Source: Mobula hypostoma
Taxonomy: Eukaryota
Assembly: GCF_963921235.1 (NCBI RefSeq)
Contig: NC_086101.1
Coordinates: 2,916,001-2,980,000, forward strand
Direction: 5' to 3'
Length of the DNA: 64,000 bases
Shown here: piece after piece, positions 35,785-49,149 of the stretch
How positions within the stretch are numbered: position 1 is the stretch's first letter
Layout of the letters: every line of letters starts with the position of its first letter
Program-made: the position numbers and the translations under genes
The notes under the pieces: model-generated
What the model saw: only the letters and a program-made list of their open reading frames with translations
Databases searched by the model: none
Told to the model about the DNA's origin: nothing

Positions 35785-37063
35785 TCGCCGCCCCCGTCCC
35801 GCGCCAGCCCACCTTCCCCCTCGCCGATCACTGCCCCCGTCCCGCACCAGCCCACCTTCCCCCTCGCCGACCCCCCGTCCCATACCAGCCCACCTTCCCC
35901 CTCACTGATCACTGCCCCCTGTCCCACGCCAGCCCACCTTCCCCCTCACCGATCACCGCCCCCCGTCCCACGCCAGCCCACCTTCCCCCTCGCCGACCCC
36001 CGTCCCATACCAGCCCACCTTCCCCCTCACCGATCACTGCCCCCTGTCCCACGCCAGCCCACCTTCCCCCTCGCCGATCACCACCCCCCTGTCCCACGCC
36101 AGCCCACCTTCCCCCTCGCTGATCACCACCCCCCTGTCCCACGCCAGCCCACCTTCCCCCTCGCCGACCCCCGTCCCATACCAGCCCACCTTCCCCCCCA
36201 CCGATCACCGCCCCGCTGTCCCACGCCAGCCCACCTTCCCCCTCGCCGACCCCCGTCCCATACCAACCCACCTTCCCCCTCACCGATCACTGCCCCCGTC
36301 CCGCACCAGCCCACCTTCCCCCTCGCCGACCCCCCGTCCCATACCAGCCCACCTTCCCCCTCGCCGATCACTGCCCCCGTCCCGCACCAGCCCACCTTCC
36401 CCCTCGCCGACCCCCCGTCCCATACCAGCCCACCTTCCCCCTCACCGATCACTGTCCCCTGTCCCACGCCAGCCCACCTTCCCCCTTGCCGATCACCGCC
36501 CCCCTGTCCCACGCCAGCCCACCTTCCCCCTCGCCGACCCCCGTCCCATACCAGCCCACCTTCCCCCTCACCGATCACTGCCCCCTGTCCCACGCCAGCC
36601 CACCTTCCCCCTCGCCGACCCCCGTCCCATACCAGCCCACCTTCCCCCTCACCGATCTCTGCCCCCTGTCCCACGCCAGCCCACCTTCCCCCTCGCCGAT
36701 CACCGCCCCCCTGTCCCACGCCAGCCCACCTTCCCCTTCGCCGACCCCCGTCCCATACCAGCCCACCTTCCCCCTCACCGATCACTGCCCCCTGTCCCAC
36801 GCCAGCCCACCTTCCCCCTCGCCGACCCCCGTCCCATACCAGCCCACCTTCCCCCCCACCGATCACCACCCCGCTGTCCCACGCCAGCCCACCTTCCCCT
36901 TCGCCGACCCCCGTCCCATACCAGCCCACCTTCCCCCTCACCGATCACTGCCCCCTGTCCCACGCCAGCCCACCTTCCCCCTCGCCGACCCCCGTCCCAT
37001 ACCAGCCCACCTTCCCCCTCACCGATCACTGCCCCCTGTCCCACACCAGCCCACCTTCCCCCT
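35785..37063. repeat. C-rich compound minisatellite (33-36-bp alternating units)
   Basis: CCAGCCCACCTTCCCCCTC(G/A)CCGA followed by TCACTGCCCCCTGTCCCACG or CCCCCGTCCCATA. Confidence 0.95.
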
Positions 37064-40000
37064 GTAGGTTTGCTCTTTCATTGATTCTAGTATGTTTCTT
37101 GGATTACTGTGTATGTCCAGAGGAAAGCGAATCTCAGGGATGTATACAAACATATACGTTATGAATTAGCTGTGAACTTTGATAAGAGTGAGGTGTCACA
37201 TTTTGCAAAGTCAGTTGAGGCAGGACATGCGCAGTGAACGGTCGGGTCTCAGGCCGTGTTGCCGACCGGAGGGATCTGGGAGTGCAAATACCTGGTCCCT
37301 GAAGATTGTTTAATGTTAATTCCAGTACAAGAGTAAAGGAGAATGAAATAATTGCTACTCTGGAACCCATGCAGCCAAGGAACACAATAAGTTAAAGAAC
37401 ACAATAATATTTTTTAAAAAACAGTAAATATAAATACATAAGATGGCTTATGTATTGGTTGTGTGTCCATAAAGTGACCCTAGGCATAGTACATAAGGTG
37501 ACTGACAGGAAACGATAAAGTAATGGTGGTTGGGGGTGTGGAGGTGTTGATCAGCCTTGCTGCTTGGGGAAGGTAACTGTTTTTGAGTCTGGTGGTCCTG
37601 GCGTGGATGCTGCGTAGCCTCCTCCTCGATGGGAGTGGGACAAACAGTCCATGAGCAGGGTGGGTGGGATCCTACATGATATTACTGGCCCTTTACCGGC
37701 ACCTTTCTGTTCATGTGTCAGACATTGACTATAGAAGTTGGTATGTTATGTTGTAGTCCGATAAATGTTGGTGAAGCCATATATGGAACATTCTGTTTTG
37801 GTCGTCTCACTATGAGAAAGATGCCATTTAGTTGGAAAGACTGCACAAGTAATTTCCAAAGACACTGCTAGGATACGGGGGGTCTGAGTTATGGAGACAT
37901 GTTGGGACTTCTTTCATTGTATCATGGTAAATTGAGGGATAATCTTGTATCAAATGGTGAGGGGCATACAGAGGGTCAGTGTGCACAGTCTGCTTCTCAG
38001 GGCTGGCAGATCAAGAACTTGAGAGCACGGGTTTAAGGTGAGAGGAACGATTTGATGGGAGTCTGAGGGGTAACATTTTTACCCAGAGCACAGCTGGTAT
38101 GTGGACCGGGTTGCCAGAGCAGGCTGGGCAGGTGCATTAGCATTTAAAATAATACACTTGGACAGACAGCTGTGCAGGCCAAGTCGTTGAGCGCATCGGA
38201 AGCAGAGGTTGATTGGATCGTGGTTAGTCAGGACATCAAAGGTTACGGGGAGAAGGCAGGAGAATGGGGTTATTATGAAACGAATAACTGAACTGGGTGA
38301 GGTTACCTCTTTGAAGGTTGGATGGACTGGGTTTGAGTGTAGAAAAGTGAGCAGTGCTTTACTGACATGACGGACGAGGAGGGAGTATTGCCTCTTGTCC
38401 AAAAATCTAGAACTGGGATGGCCATTTAAAATGAAGGGACCTCTGAGGAGAAACCCCTTCAGATAAGTGTGAATGCAGTCTTTGAATGCAGAGAACATGG
38501 CTTCAATCCCGGTGAAGCAAGGCAGAGATATTGGACCATGTGCCATTGGAATAGAATTAGGCCATTGAGCCCACTGTGTCTGCTGCACCATTCTCCTGCC
38601 TTTGTTTCAAGAATCTTTGACACCCTAATTAATCCAATACCTATCAACCTCCATCTTAAATACACCCAATGACCTGGCCTCCGCAACCATCCGTGGCAGT
38701 GAATTCCACGGATACACCACCCGCTGGCTAAATAAAGTCCTCCCTATCTCTGTTCCAGAAGAACGCCCTTCTATTCTGAGGCTGTACCTTTTGATCTTAG
38801 ACACACCCACTATAGCAAACGTCCTCTCCACATCCACTCTGTCTTGGCCTTTGAATATTCAATTGGTGTCTCTTTCAATATTTTTATCAGTTTCTGCCTA
38901 GAAGAATACAGAATACATGAAGATATATTATAAGTCAAAAGAAAAAAATAAAATATTACCAAATACATTGTATTAAAAACAGTTACAATCACAAAACCCT
39001 GAAATCATAAAAATTAAATTAAATGGTAATATTGAAATATTATTTTGTTATACAGAAAAAAATCTAAACCCATTACGAAGGTCAGAGCTGTTAGGAAAAG
39101 CAAGAAAAAAGGGGAGGAAACCCTTATCATATAATAAAATATATTATTAACCACCATCTATACCTTTACAACAAATCAAAGGTTTTGAAAATAACTCAAA
39201 AATGGTCCCCACAATGTATAAAAGTCTTGGCTAGATTCAAAATAGATTTAAGCTTGACATAACATCACGTAAACATTGAGCATGAGTAGACGGAACAGCA
39301 TCCTTCCATTTAAGCAAGAGCGCCCTCCTAGCTACAAGAGAGATAAAAGCCAAAATATGCAGATCAGGTGTCTCCAAAATAAAGTCTTTTCCTCCAACAA
39401 TACCAAATAATGCGCTCAAAGGGTTAGGCTTAAAATTTACCTTGAAAAGTACCAAGAAAGGTATACTTCCTCCCAGTATCTTTCAAGGATCAGACATGTC
39501 CAAAACATGTGAATTAATGAAGCTTCTCCATTATTACATCTATCACACAAAGGAGATATATCCGAGATAGCTTATAGAAACATAGAAACATAGAAACATA
39601 GAAACATATCTTTAGATGTGTGAACCCTATGAACCCTATGAACCACTTTAAATTGTAAGACGGAATGAGGGGCACTTAACGATGAAGTGTTTAAAAATTC
39701 CATTCCAAGTTTCCCCAGAGATTGAAGTCTGTAAATCTTGATCCCAAAGATTTTTAATTTTGTCTATAGGAAAATTTCTGATTCCTAGCAACATACTATA
39801 AATATTGGATATTGAACCATTATAAAAAAGTTTCCATAAGACCATAAGACAAAGGAGCAGAAGTGGGCCATTTGGCCCATCGAGTCTGCTCCGCCATTCT
39901 ATCATGCGCTGATCCATTCTCCCATTTAGTCCCACTCCCCCGCCTTCTCACCATAACCTCTGATGCCCTGGCTACTCAGATACCTATTAATCTCTGCCTT

Positions 40001-40800
40001 AAGTACACCCAATGACTTGGCCTCCACTGCTGCCCGTGGCAACAAATTCCATAGATTCATCACCCTCTGACTAAAAAAAATTTCTTGGCATCTCTGTTCT
40101 GAATGGGTGCCCTTCAATCCTTAAGTCATGCCCTCTCGTACTAGACTCCCCCATCATGGGAAACAACTTTGCAACATCCACTCTGTCCATGCCTTTTAAC
40201 ATTCAAAATGTTTCTATGAGGTCTCCCCTCATTCTTCTAAACTCCAAGGAATACAGTCCAAGAGCGGACAAACATTCCTCATATGTTAACCCTCTCATTC
40301 CCAGAATCATTCTAGTGAATCTCCTCTGTACCCTCTTCAACGTCAGCACATCCTTTCTTAAATAAGGAGACCAAAACTGCCCACAGTACTCCAAGTGAGG
40401 TCTCACCAGTGCCTTATAGAGCCTCAATATCACATCCCTGCTCCTATACTCTATTCCTCTAGAAATGAATGCCAACATTGCATTCGCCTTCTTCACTACT
40501 GACTCAACCTGGAGGTTAACTTTCAGGGTATCCTGTACGAGGACTTCCAAGTCCCGTTGCATCTCAGAACTTTGAATTCTTTCCCCATTTAAATAATAGT
40601 CTGCCTGTTTATTTTTTCTGCCAAAGTGCATAACCATACACTTTCCAACATTGTATTTCATTTGCCACTTCTCTGCCCATTCTCCCAATCTATCCAAGTC
40701 TCTCTGCAGACTCTCTGTTTCCTCAGCACTACCAGCCCCTCCACCTATCTTCGTATCGTCAGCAAACTTAGCCACAAAGCCATCTATTCCATAATCCAAA

Positions 40801-41233
40801 CAACAGGAATTCTGCAGATGCTGGAAATTCAAGCAACACACATCCAAGTTGCTGGTGAACGCAGCAGGCCAGGCAGCATCTGTAGGAAGAGGTGCAGTCG
40901 ACATTTCAGGCCGAGACTCTTCGTCAGGACTAACTGAAGGAAGAGTGAGTAAGGGATTTGAAAGTTGGAGGGGGAGGGATAGAGCCAAGCCCTGTCCCAT
41001 GATCCTCTCGTATCCCCTTTTGCCTATCACCTGTCCAGCTCTTGGCTCTATCCCTCCCCCTCCTGTCTTCTCCTATCATTTTGGATCTCCCCCTCCCCCT
41101 CCAACTTTCAAATCCCTTACTCACTCTTCCTTCAGTTAGTCCTGACGAAGGGTCTCGGCCTGAAACGTCGACTGCACCTCTTCCTACAGATGCTGCCTGG
41201 CCTGCTGCGTTCACCAGCAACTTTGATGGGTGT
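40801..41233. mobile_element. Fold-back Penelope-derived insertion with two opposed hammerhead motifs and 16-bp TSD
   Basis: TSD TATTCCATAATCCAAA at 40785-40800 and 41234-41249; about 140-bp inverted arms. Confidence 0.9.
41137..41174 (+). ncRNA. Minimal type I hammerhead ribozyme motif
   Basis: TAGTC-CTGACGA-AGGGTCTCGGCCT-GAAAC-GTC-GACTG; predicted cleavage after C41169. Confidence 0.8.
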
Positions 41234-44200
41234 TATTCCATAATCCAAATTGTTGATGTACAGTGTAAAAAGAAGCGGCCCCAACACTGATCCCTGTGGA
41301 ACACCACTGGTAACCGGCAGCCAACCAGAATAGGATCCCTTTATTCCCACTCTCTGTTTCCTGCCAATCAGCCAACGCTCTATCCACGTATGTAACTTTC
41401 CCGTAAGTCCATGGGCTCTTATCTTGTTAAGTAGCCTCATGTGTGGCACCTTGTCAAAGGCCTTCTGAAAATCCAAATGTACAACATCCACTGCATCTCC
41501 CTTGTCTAGCCTACTGGTAATTTTCTCGAAAAATTGTAATAGGTTTGTCGGGCAGGATTTTCCTTTAAGGAATCCATGCTGAGTTCTGCCTATCTTGTCA
41601 TATGCCTCCAGGTACTCTGTAACCTCATCCTTTACAATCGACTCCAACAACTTCCCAACCACCGATGTCAAGCTAACAGGTCTATAATTTCCTTTTTGCT
41701 TCCTTGCCCCCTTCTTAAATAGCGGAGTGACATTTGCAATCTTCCAGTCTTCCAGAACCATGCCAGAATCTATCGACTTTTGAAAGATCATCGCTAATGC
41801 CTCCGCAATCTCCACAGCTACTTCCTTCAGAACACGAGGGTACATTCCATCTGGTCCAGGAGATTTATCTACCTTTAGCCTCTTCAGCTTCCTGAGTACT
41901 TTCTCTGTCGTAATTGTGACTGCCCGCACTTCTCTTCCCTGCCACCCTTGAGTGTCCGGTATACTGCTGACGTCTTCCTCAGTGAAGACTGATGCAAAAT
42001 ACTCGTTCAGTTCCTCTGCCATCTCCTTATCTCCCATTACAATTTCTCCAGCATCATTTTCTATCGCTCCTGTATCTACTCTCACCTGTCTTTTACTCTT
42101 TATATACTTGAAAAAGCTTTTAGTATCCTCTTTGATATTATTTTCTAGCTTCCTTTCATAGTTAATCTTTTCTGTCTTAATGACCTTCTTGGTTTCCTTT
42201 TGTAAGGTTCAAATTAAAACTTACAGGAAATGTATATAGTTGAGAACGCAGAAAGTCTCGAATTTGTAAATAACGAAAAAAGTGAGTTTTGGGTAAACTA
42301 TATTTAGCTGACATTTGCTCAAACGAAAAAAACTTCCTCCAACTAACAAATCCTGGAAGTATTTAATACCCAATCTATCCCATTCTTTAAAAACTGAATC
42401 AGTCATCGAAGATTTAAAAAAATAGAACAAATGGGACTAGACAAAGAAAATCTCAATAGGCTAAAGAATTTCCTAAATTGTACCCAGATCCTCAAAGTAT
42501 GTTTACCTACCAAATTTTCAGTTAGTTTACTAAAGGATAAAGGGAGTGAGAATCCGAGAAGAGAAATAATAGAAAATTTATTAACAGAGTTAGCTTCTAA
42601 ATAAACCCATATCAGACAGTCCTCACGGTTAATATAATATGTCCAAAACGTAAGATTTTGTATATTGACTGCCCAATAATAAAACTTAAACTTTGGTAAA
42701 GCTAAACCTCCATTCTTCTTAGATTTCTGAAGATGAACTTTATTTAGTCGAGATTGTTTGTTTTTTCATATATAAGAAGATATAATAGAATCGAGAGAAT
42801 CAAAAAAAGATTTAGGAATATAAATGGGTAATGCCTGAAAAAGGTATATAAATTTAGGTAAAATATTCATTTATCAGCCAATCAAGGATAACGAAAAAGA
42901 CGACCAGTTTGATAGTGTCCTGTTTACAAAATTCAGTAAGGTAAGGAAATTTTCATTAAAATAATGAAAATATTCATTAAATAGGTATTTATAATTCTTG
43001 GTAATTGTTACACCCAAATACTTAAATTGATTTCTTACAATTTTAAAAGGAAGGTTAGTATTAATAACAAATTATTCAGAGGAAAAAGTTCACTCTCATG
43101 TAAATTCAGTTTGTATCCTGAAAACTGGCTAACACAAGAACGTAGAGAAAGCACGGGAGATAGTGAAGTCTCGACATTAGAAATAAAAAGCAATAGGTCA
43201 TCAGCACAAAGCAAAACTTTATGAACTGTCCCTCTCCTTAGAACACCAGTAATATCATTAGATTCTCGAAAAGCAACGGCTAAGGGTTCTAAAGCCAGGC
43301 CAAAGAGCAAAGGGCTCAGGGGACAACCTTGTCCAGTTCCACGTTGAAGTTTAAAAGGATTGGAATACTGAAAATTAGTAAGGACCCTAGCAGAAGGAGA
43401 AGGAGATAGATAAAGTAATTGAATAAAATTGGGCCCAAAATTAAAATTTCCTAAAGTTTTAAATAAATCATTCCATTCAACTCAATCAAAAGCCTTGTCA
43501 GCATCCAAAGAAATCGCACATTCCGATATCCCCTTAGAAGGGGAATAAACAACGTTTAATAAACTCGATTAGTTTCAACGAGACCCCCCACCACTACACC
43601 TCTTCTGAAGTCCAGTGAATACGGGCCAGGAGCCATTAAATGCACCTCATATGTTAACCCTTTCTTTCCCAGAATAATCTGGGCCCACTTCAATGCTAGC
43701 ACATATTTTCTTAGATAAGGGCCCAAAACTGCTCACAGTACTCCAAATATGGTCTGACACTGCCTTATAAAGCCTCAGCATTACATCCGAGTCCCCTGGA
43801 AATGGTAACGTTGCGTTTGGTCTTCCTTACCGCCAGAAATCTGTATCCAGGGGAATCCAGAAATTGGGCAGGGAGCTGCATTTGAGGGAAATATCGATTC
43901 CCACCCGGGTGGTACGGCAGACAGGAGGGACTAAGTGTGCTTCCCCTGATTCTCACGAGTGTTCGTTGTGAACTCTGGGATCCAGGGCAGTTAGACTGAA
44001 CGGTGCAGGCTTGTTTGTCAGAGGTGGGTGAGATTTACCACTCTTCATAGCCGAGTTTCTGTCTACAAGCTGCAGTAAATGATATCCCCAAGCTGTGTCA
44101 ATGTTCCATTCCTGCTGCCTCTCAGTTCAACAGCCTAACTTGTAGGCATTGAGAAGCCAACTACAGAAGAAATTCATTTGAGTCGGCATCTATCGTGATA

Positions 44201-46195
44201 GGACCCCCATCACTCTGTCTGTCCCCCTGGCTCATTCAAACCTCCCCAGACACTTTCCCCTGAAATCCTAGAACTTCCCAGTTCCAACTTTGGTCTCACC
44301 AGAGCCTAATGGAAGTCTCAGTCATACAACATCATACAGGTCCTTTGGCCCAACCAAGGTTCCCGTGTAAACTTCCTCACTCCAAAATCAATCTAAACCT
44401 TCCCTCCCACATCTCCCTCAATTTCTCTTTCATCCATGTGCATAACTAAGAGTTTATTGAAGACCCCTGATGATTCTGCCTCTCCCAGCTCCCCCGGCAG
44501 AGCGTTCCACACATCCACTCTCTGTGTAAAGAACTTGCTTCTCACACCGCCCTCCAATTAAAATGATGCTCCCTGGTATTGGCCATTTCCTCACTGGGAG
44601 AAAGTCTCTGGCCATCTGTGAGTCTTATCAATTTTTAACGCTCCTATTAAGTCACCTCTCATCCTCCTCCACGGCAAAGAAAATGTCCTGAGCTTGTCGC
44701 AGCAGGCAGTCTCTCTGATCGTGGTACCTGCCAGAGGAAGTGGTTGAGACCAGTGCCGTAGTATCATTTAAAAGGCACTTCAGGTGAGCATGTGTGGGGA
44801 GGGGGCGTGGGCCGAATGCAAGGAATTGGGATGATCTGTGAGGGCACGGTGGTGGCCAGGCAATGGTTGGGCCGCAGGGCCTGTGTCTCTGCTGCATTTC
44901 TCAACAGCCCTAGGGAGAAAAATGAGCAAACTTTCCACAAAATGGCTACTCTTTCTGGTTGGAGACTTCTACTCAGGAGCACGTGTTGTTGAGAAGGCAG
45001 GGTCCTGAGCAGGGACAGCAAATGGCCCAACTGTTCTTCTGCCAGTGGCACTGCTGGGACATAACACCATGAAGTGCAGGAGCAGGATTAGGCCATTTGG
45101 CCCATCGAGTCTGCTCTGCCGTTCAGTGATAGTTGTAGTTTTCTCAACCCCATTTGCCCTCCTCCTGTAACCTTAACCTCTCAATCCCTGCCTTCAGTAC
45201 ACCCCATGACTTGGCCTCCACAGCCTTCTTTGACAATGATTTCCTACTCAGTACATCTGAACTTGCATTGTATACATGCCAGAGACATAAAGTGCCCATC
45301 AAACCCTGGGATCGTTCTTGTGATCCTCCCCCGGGCCAGCACGTCTTTCCTTAGCTCTGGCGCTAAAGTTACTCTCAACGTGTGGCCAATACATTAGAAA
45401 GCCTCCGCAGTATATCTACACTTTTATATTGCAGTCGTTCAGAAACTGCACTTCCCTCAACCTGCAAATTAACCTTTAAGGGAATCCTCATCTGAGATTC
45501 CCAAGTCTCTTTGCACCAGCGATTTCATTTAAAATCTTGTCTATACCTTTATTCCTTCTGCCAAGGTACATGACTGTACCTTTCCCTACACTGTATTCAG
45601 GGCCTTTATCGAAGAAAAGTGAGCTGGAATTGGAGAGGGTACAGAAAAGTTTCACGAGAATTATTCCAGGAATGAAATGGTTAATGTGTGAAAACTCTGG
45701 GCCTGTACACTAGAGCTGAGAAGAGTGAGGGGGAGGGGGAGATCTCTTTAAAACCTGTCGAATATTGAAAGGCCAGGACAGAGTGGATGTTTCTTATACT
45801 GGGTGAGTCTAGGACCAGAGGGCACGGCCTGAGAATAGAGGGGCGTCCATTTCGATCAGACATGAGGAGGAGTTTCTGTAGCCAGTGGGTGATGAATCTG
45901 TGGAAGTCATTGCCACAGATGGCTGTGGAGGCCAAATCATTGGGTATATTTAAAGCAGAGGCTGATAAGTTCTTGATTTGTCGAGACATCAAAGGCTGTG
46001 GGGAGAGGTCAGGAGAACGGTGTTGAAGGGTAGGCCATGATGGAATGGTGAGGAAGGTTCAATGGGCCGAATGGCCTAATTCTGTTCCCATGTCCTGCGG
46101 TGTTTCGCCACTCTCCCAAACCGTCCCCGAGCTTTGGTTGTTTGCAAAATGGCCGCTGTTCGGATGCAAAGTTAGGTCCTTGCTTTCTCTCACAG

Positions 46196-46649
46196 GGCGA
46201 GGCCGCCACAGAAGAAGTTTTGCCAGGCCTGCAGACTGGAATACCAGGAGGACACTGTTGAGCAGCACGAGAGCTCAACACTGCACCTGCTCAGCACGAG
46301 CGATAAGCTGCCAGCAACCCACTACTTCATTCCCGAAAGCAACGTCGGCTTCCAGATGCTGCTGAAGGGCGGCTGGGACCAGGAGACGGGACTCGGGCCA
46401 GACGGGAAGGGCCGGAAGTTTCCCGTCAGAACGGTGCTCAAGAGGGACCAGAAGGGGCTGGGCTTCCAGACTGACCTGAGGCCGAAGGTCACCCACTTCG
46501 ACGCTCGCGACCCTGAGGCTGTGCAGCTGCCGAGGAGCGCCGTCGGCCGTGCGCCAAGGGCCGCCACCGTCAGCAGGAGGGAGGAGCGCAGGCGAGAGGC
46601 GAGGCAGAAAGCCTGGGAGAGGGATCTGAGGATGCACATGAACTTTTAG
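46196..46649 (+). CDS. GPANK1: GPANK1 last coding exon: CxxC..H..H zinc-finger-like motif and G-patch
   Basis: tcacag|G; FCQACRLEYQEDTVEQHESSTLHL..NVGFQMLLKGGWDQETGLGPDGKGRKFPVRTVLKRDQKGLG..AWERDLRMHMNF*; exons of 253+349+454 nt give 1056 nt, 351 aa. Confidence 0.97.
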
Positions 46650-46676
46650 GGACTCCTGTTGATTTTGAAATATTTG

Positions 46677-46682
46677 ATTAAA
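46677..46682 (+). terminator. Candidate polyadenylation signal ATTAAA for GPANK1
   Basis: Begins 28 nt after the last base of the stop codon, just before repeat-derived sequence. Confidence 0.45.
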
Positions 46683-49149
46683 AGCCAGTCAGTGTTAAGA
46701 ACACGGAACTGTACTGACCTTTAAGTCCACAATGTTGTGCTGACTTTTTAACCTACTCCAAGATCAATCTCACATAGCCCTCCATTTTCCTATCGTCTGT
46801 GTACCTATCTAAGGGTTTCTTGTGTATCAGCCTCTGCCACCACCCCTAACAGGGTGTTCCACACACCCACCACTCTGACACCCCCCTCTCAAATCACCTT
46901 AAAGTTCTGCCCCCTTGGGTATACCCACCCTGGTAACAACCCTCTGTCTATCCACTCGATTTGTGCCTCTGACCATCGAGGTTGCCGGGTAAACTGGTCC
47001 CTGCCAAGTGGCCCTGGTGTGTGGGTGAGGGGTAGGGTGGGGAGAACAATGAACTTGTGTTTAATGTGGGAGTGGTGTGAAGGGGTATGAAAGGGTCTGC
47101 ATCTCTATTTCTCTATGAAACGTTCCCCCATCTTGTTTTGTTTTAAAGATCAGCTTTATTTGTTACGCGCAGAGAATGACCAACGCTCTCCGAGGATGTG
47201 TCGGGGGCAGCCGCTGGTTTCACTGTGCTTCTAGTGTCGAGATAGCATGCCCACAACTCACAAACCCTAACCATACGTCTTTGGAAAGTGGGTGGAAATG
47301 GGAGCACTCAAAGCAAACCCACACAATCACAGGAAGAACTGGCAGACAGTGACCAGAATCGAACCTGGATCACTTCAAAGCATCATGCTGGCTGTGACGC
47401 TCAGATCCATCCCTGGGAGGACTCAACCAGGGACGGTGATGCCAGTGTCCCGGAGGGTGAAAATTTAATCTGTCTCATCATGTCCTTCCACATGCAAGTT
47501 GGCAGCGGTGTTTTACTGCACTGAACTACCTGCCTGTGAGGTGCTGAGGGCTCGAGCTGAAGCTCTCGGCGGTCCAAGATGACCAGATCGAATGTTGTCT
47601 GCAAAGACGCTAACTTCTGCGATCAGATTCCAGTTTATTGTTCACATGCACGTTAGAATATACAGTGAAAGGCACTATTGGCATTAACGACTAACCCAAG
47701 GATGTGCTGGAGACAGCCGGAGTTAGATATGGCCCTTGTGGCTAAAGGGATCAGGGGGTATGGAGAGAAGGCAGGTACAGGGTTCTGAGTTGGATGATCA
47801 GCCATGATCGTACTGAATGGGGGTGCAGGCTCGAAGGGCCGAATGGCCTACTCCTGCACCTATTTTCTATGTTTCTATGTCACCACACATTTCAGCACCA
47901 ATGCCGTAAACCTACAGTATTTGAGAAGGAATTTCTTTAGTGAGAGCATTTTGTTTTTTTGAATTTATTTAGAGATGGTGTGGAATGCTGCCCAGCATTT
48001 CCCCTGGTTTAATCCTAGCCTAGTCACTGGACAATTTACAATAACCAATTAGCCTCCCAACCTGTACGTCTTTGAACTGTAGGAGGAAACCGGAGAACAG
48101 CGAGGAATCGCACGTGGTCACAGGGAGAACGTATAAACTCCTGACAGGCCGTGGCAGCAATTGGGCCTGGGTCGCTGGTACTGTGAAGCGTTGTGCTAAC
48201 TACACGACCATGGCTGTCAATCTGTGGAATTTGTGCAAGAGTTAGTAAAATATAAAGCCTGTTTGTTTTGCTCTTTAATGGCAAGTTTATATCTTCAACA
48301 CTGGCATAACTGTAGAGAAAGGTGTTAGCTGAGAAAGTGACATCCTTTTGCGTGAATCTGCCAAGGGAATCACTAAATATACCTGCCCTGAGATAGCACA
48401 AGTGAATTGTACACACTCAGACACTGCATCATTGTTACTGTGGTAACACGCTGCAAGCTTTCACTGCTAATGTAAAGGTTTCTCTGAAGCTGCAATGTTT
48501 GGGTTGGACTAGCGATAACGGAGTTTGAAATCTGGGGGCTATCCGGTGAGAGAGATGTTGTTTGTTCTTGTGAGTCTGGAAGAGAGAGTTTTGCCGTCTT
48601 TTGCCAGCGAGACTCCAGCTCTCCGGGTCACGGAGGCACACAAGCTCCAGGCAACAACAGAGCTGTGCTCCTCTCGGAGGAGTGACCTTATAGAGCTGTA
48701 TCAAATCAGGAGGGGCTTAGAATGGGGTCAGTCCTCTCTCCCGCACCCCCCCCCCAGGGAGAAGAATCAGGAACCTCACACAAGATTTCAAGGATCCAGA
48801 GTCAGGAAGGGGGTATTGGGCTGAGATCTGAGAGCAGGGAGATACAGCCTGCTGCTGGTCACAGTGAGAAGAGGGAAGGTCCAGGCAGTGACAGGGTCAC
48901 CTGGGTGGTTTCTGTGTTCTGGAGATCAGAAAGTCTCGTGGTGGGGTCAAACAGGTGGGAAAGGTGGGGGCTGTCTCTAAAACATGGACATTGCCAGGAC
49001 CCGAGGACCTGAGTGAAAGGGGAGAGGTTGAACAGTTTAGGACCGTAGTCCTTCGAACATAGATGATTGAGGGGAGATTTGATAGATCTGTACAAAATTA
49101 TGTGGGGTTATAGATAGGGTAAGTGAAAGCAGGCCTTTCCACTGAGTTT

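Larger units (their letters stand above)
39835..42207 (-). mobile_element. Relatively young CR1 LINE (RT region), split by a Penelope-derived insertion
   Basis: ORFs 41132-42085 and 40203-41030 join at NNLDYG|IDGFVAKFADDTK; (CATAAGAC)2 tail at 39835. Confidence 0.93.
38870..43565 (-). mobile_element. Decayed L1-clade LINE ORF2, split by a CR1 insertion (pieces 38870-39834 and 42208-43565)
   Basis: GQGCPLSPLLFGLALEPLAVAFRES..HKVLLCADDLLLF..FSGYKLN; C-terminal HMFWTC..ARRALLLKWK; AT-rich. Confidence 0.85.

Noticed and set aside
35909..37067. Long Gly/Trp- or Pro-rich ORFs (also 27598-28857 and 29548-30166)
   Set aside because: Translations of tandem repeats that happen to lack stop codons
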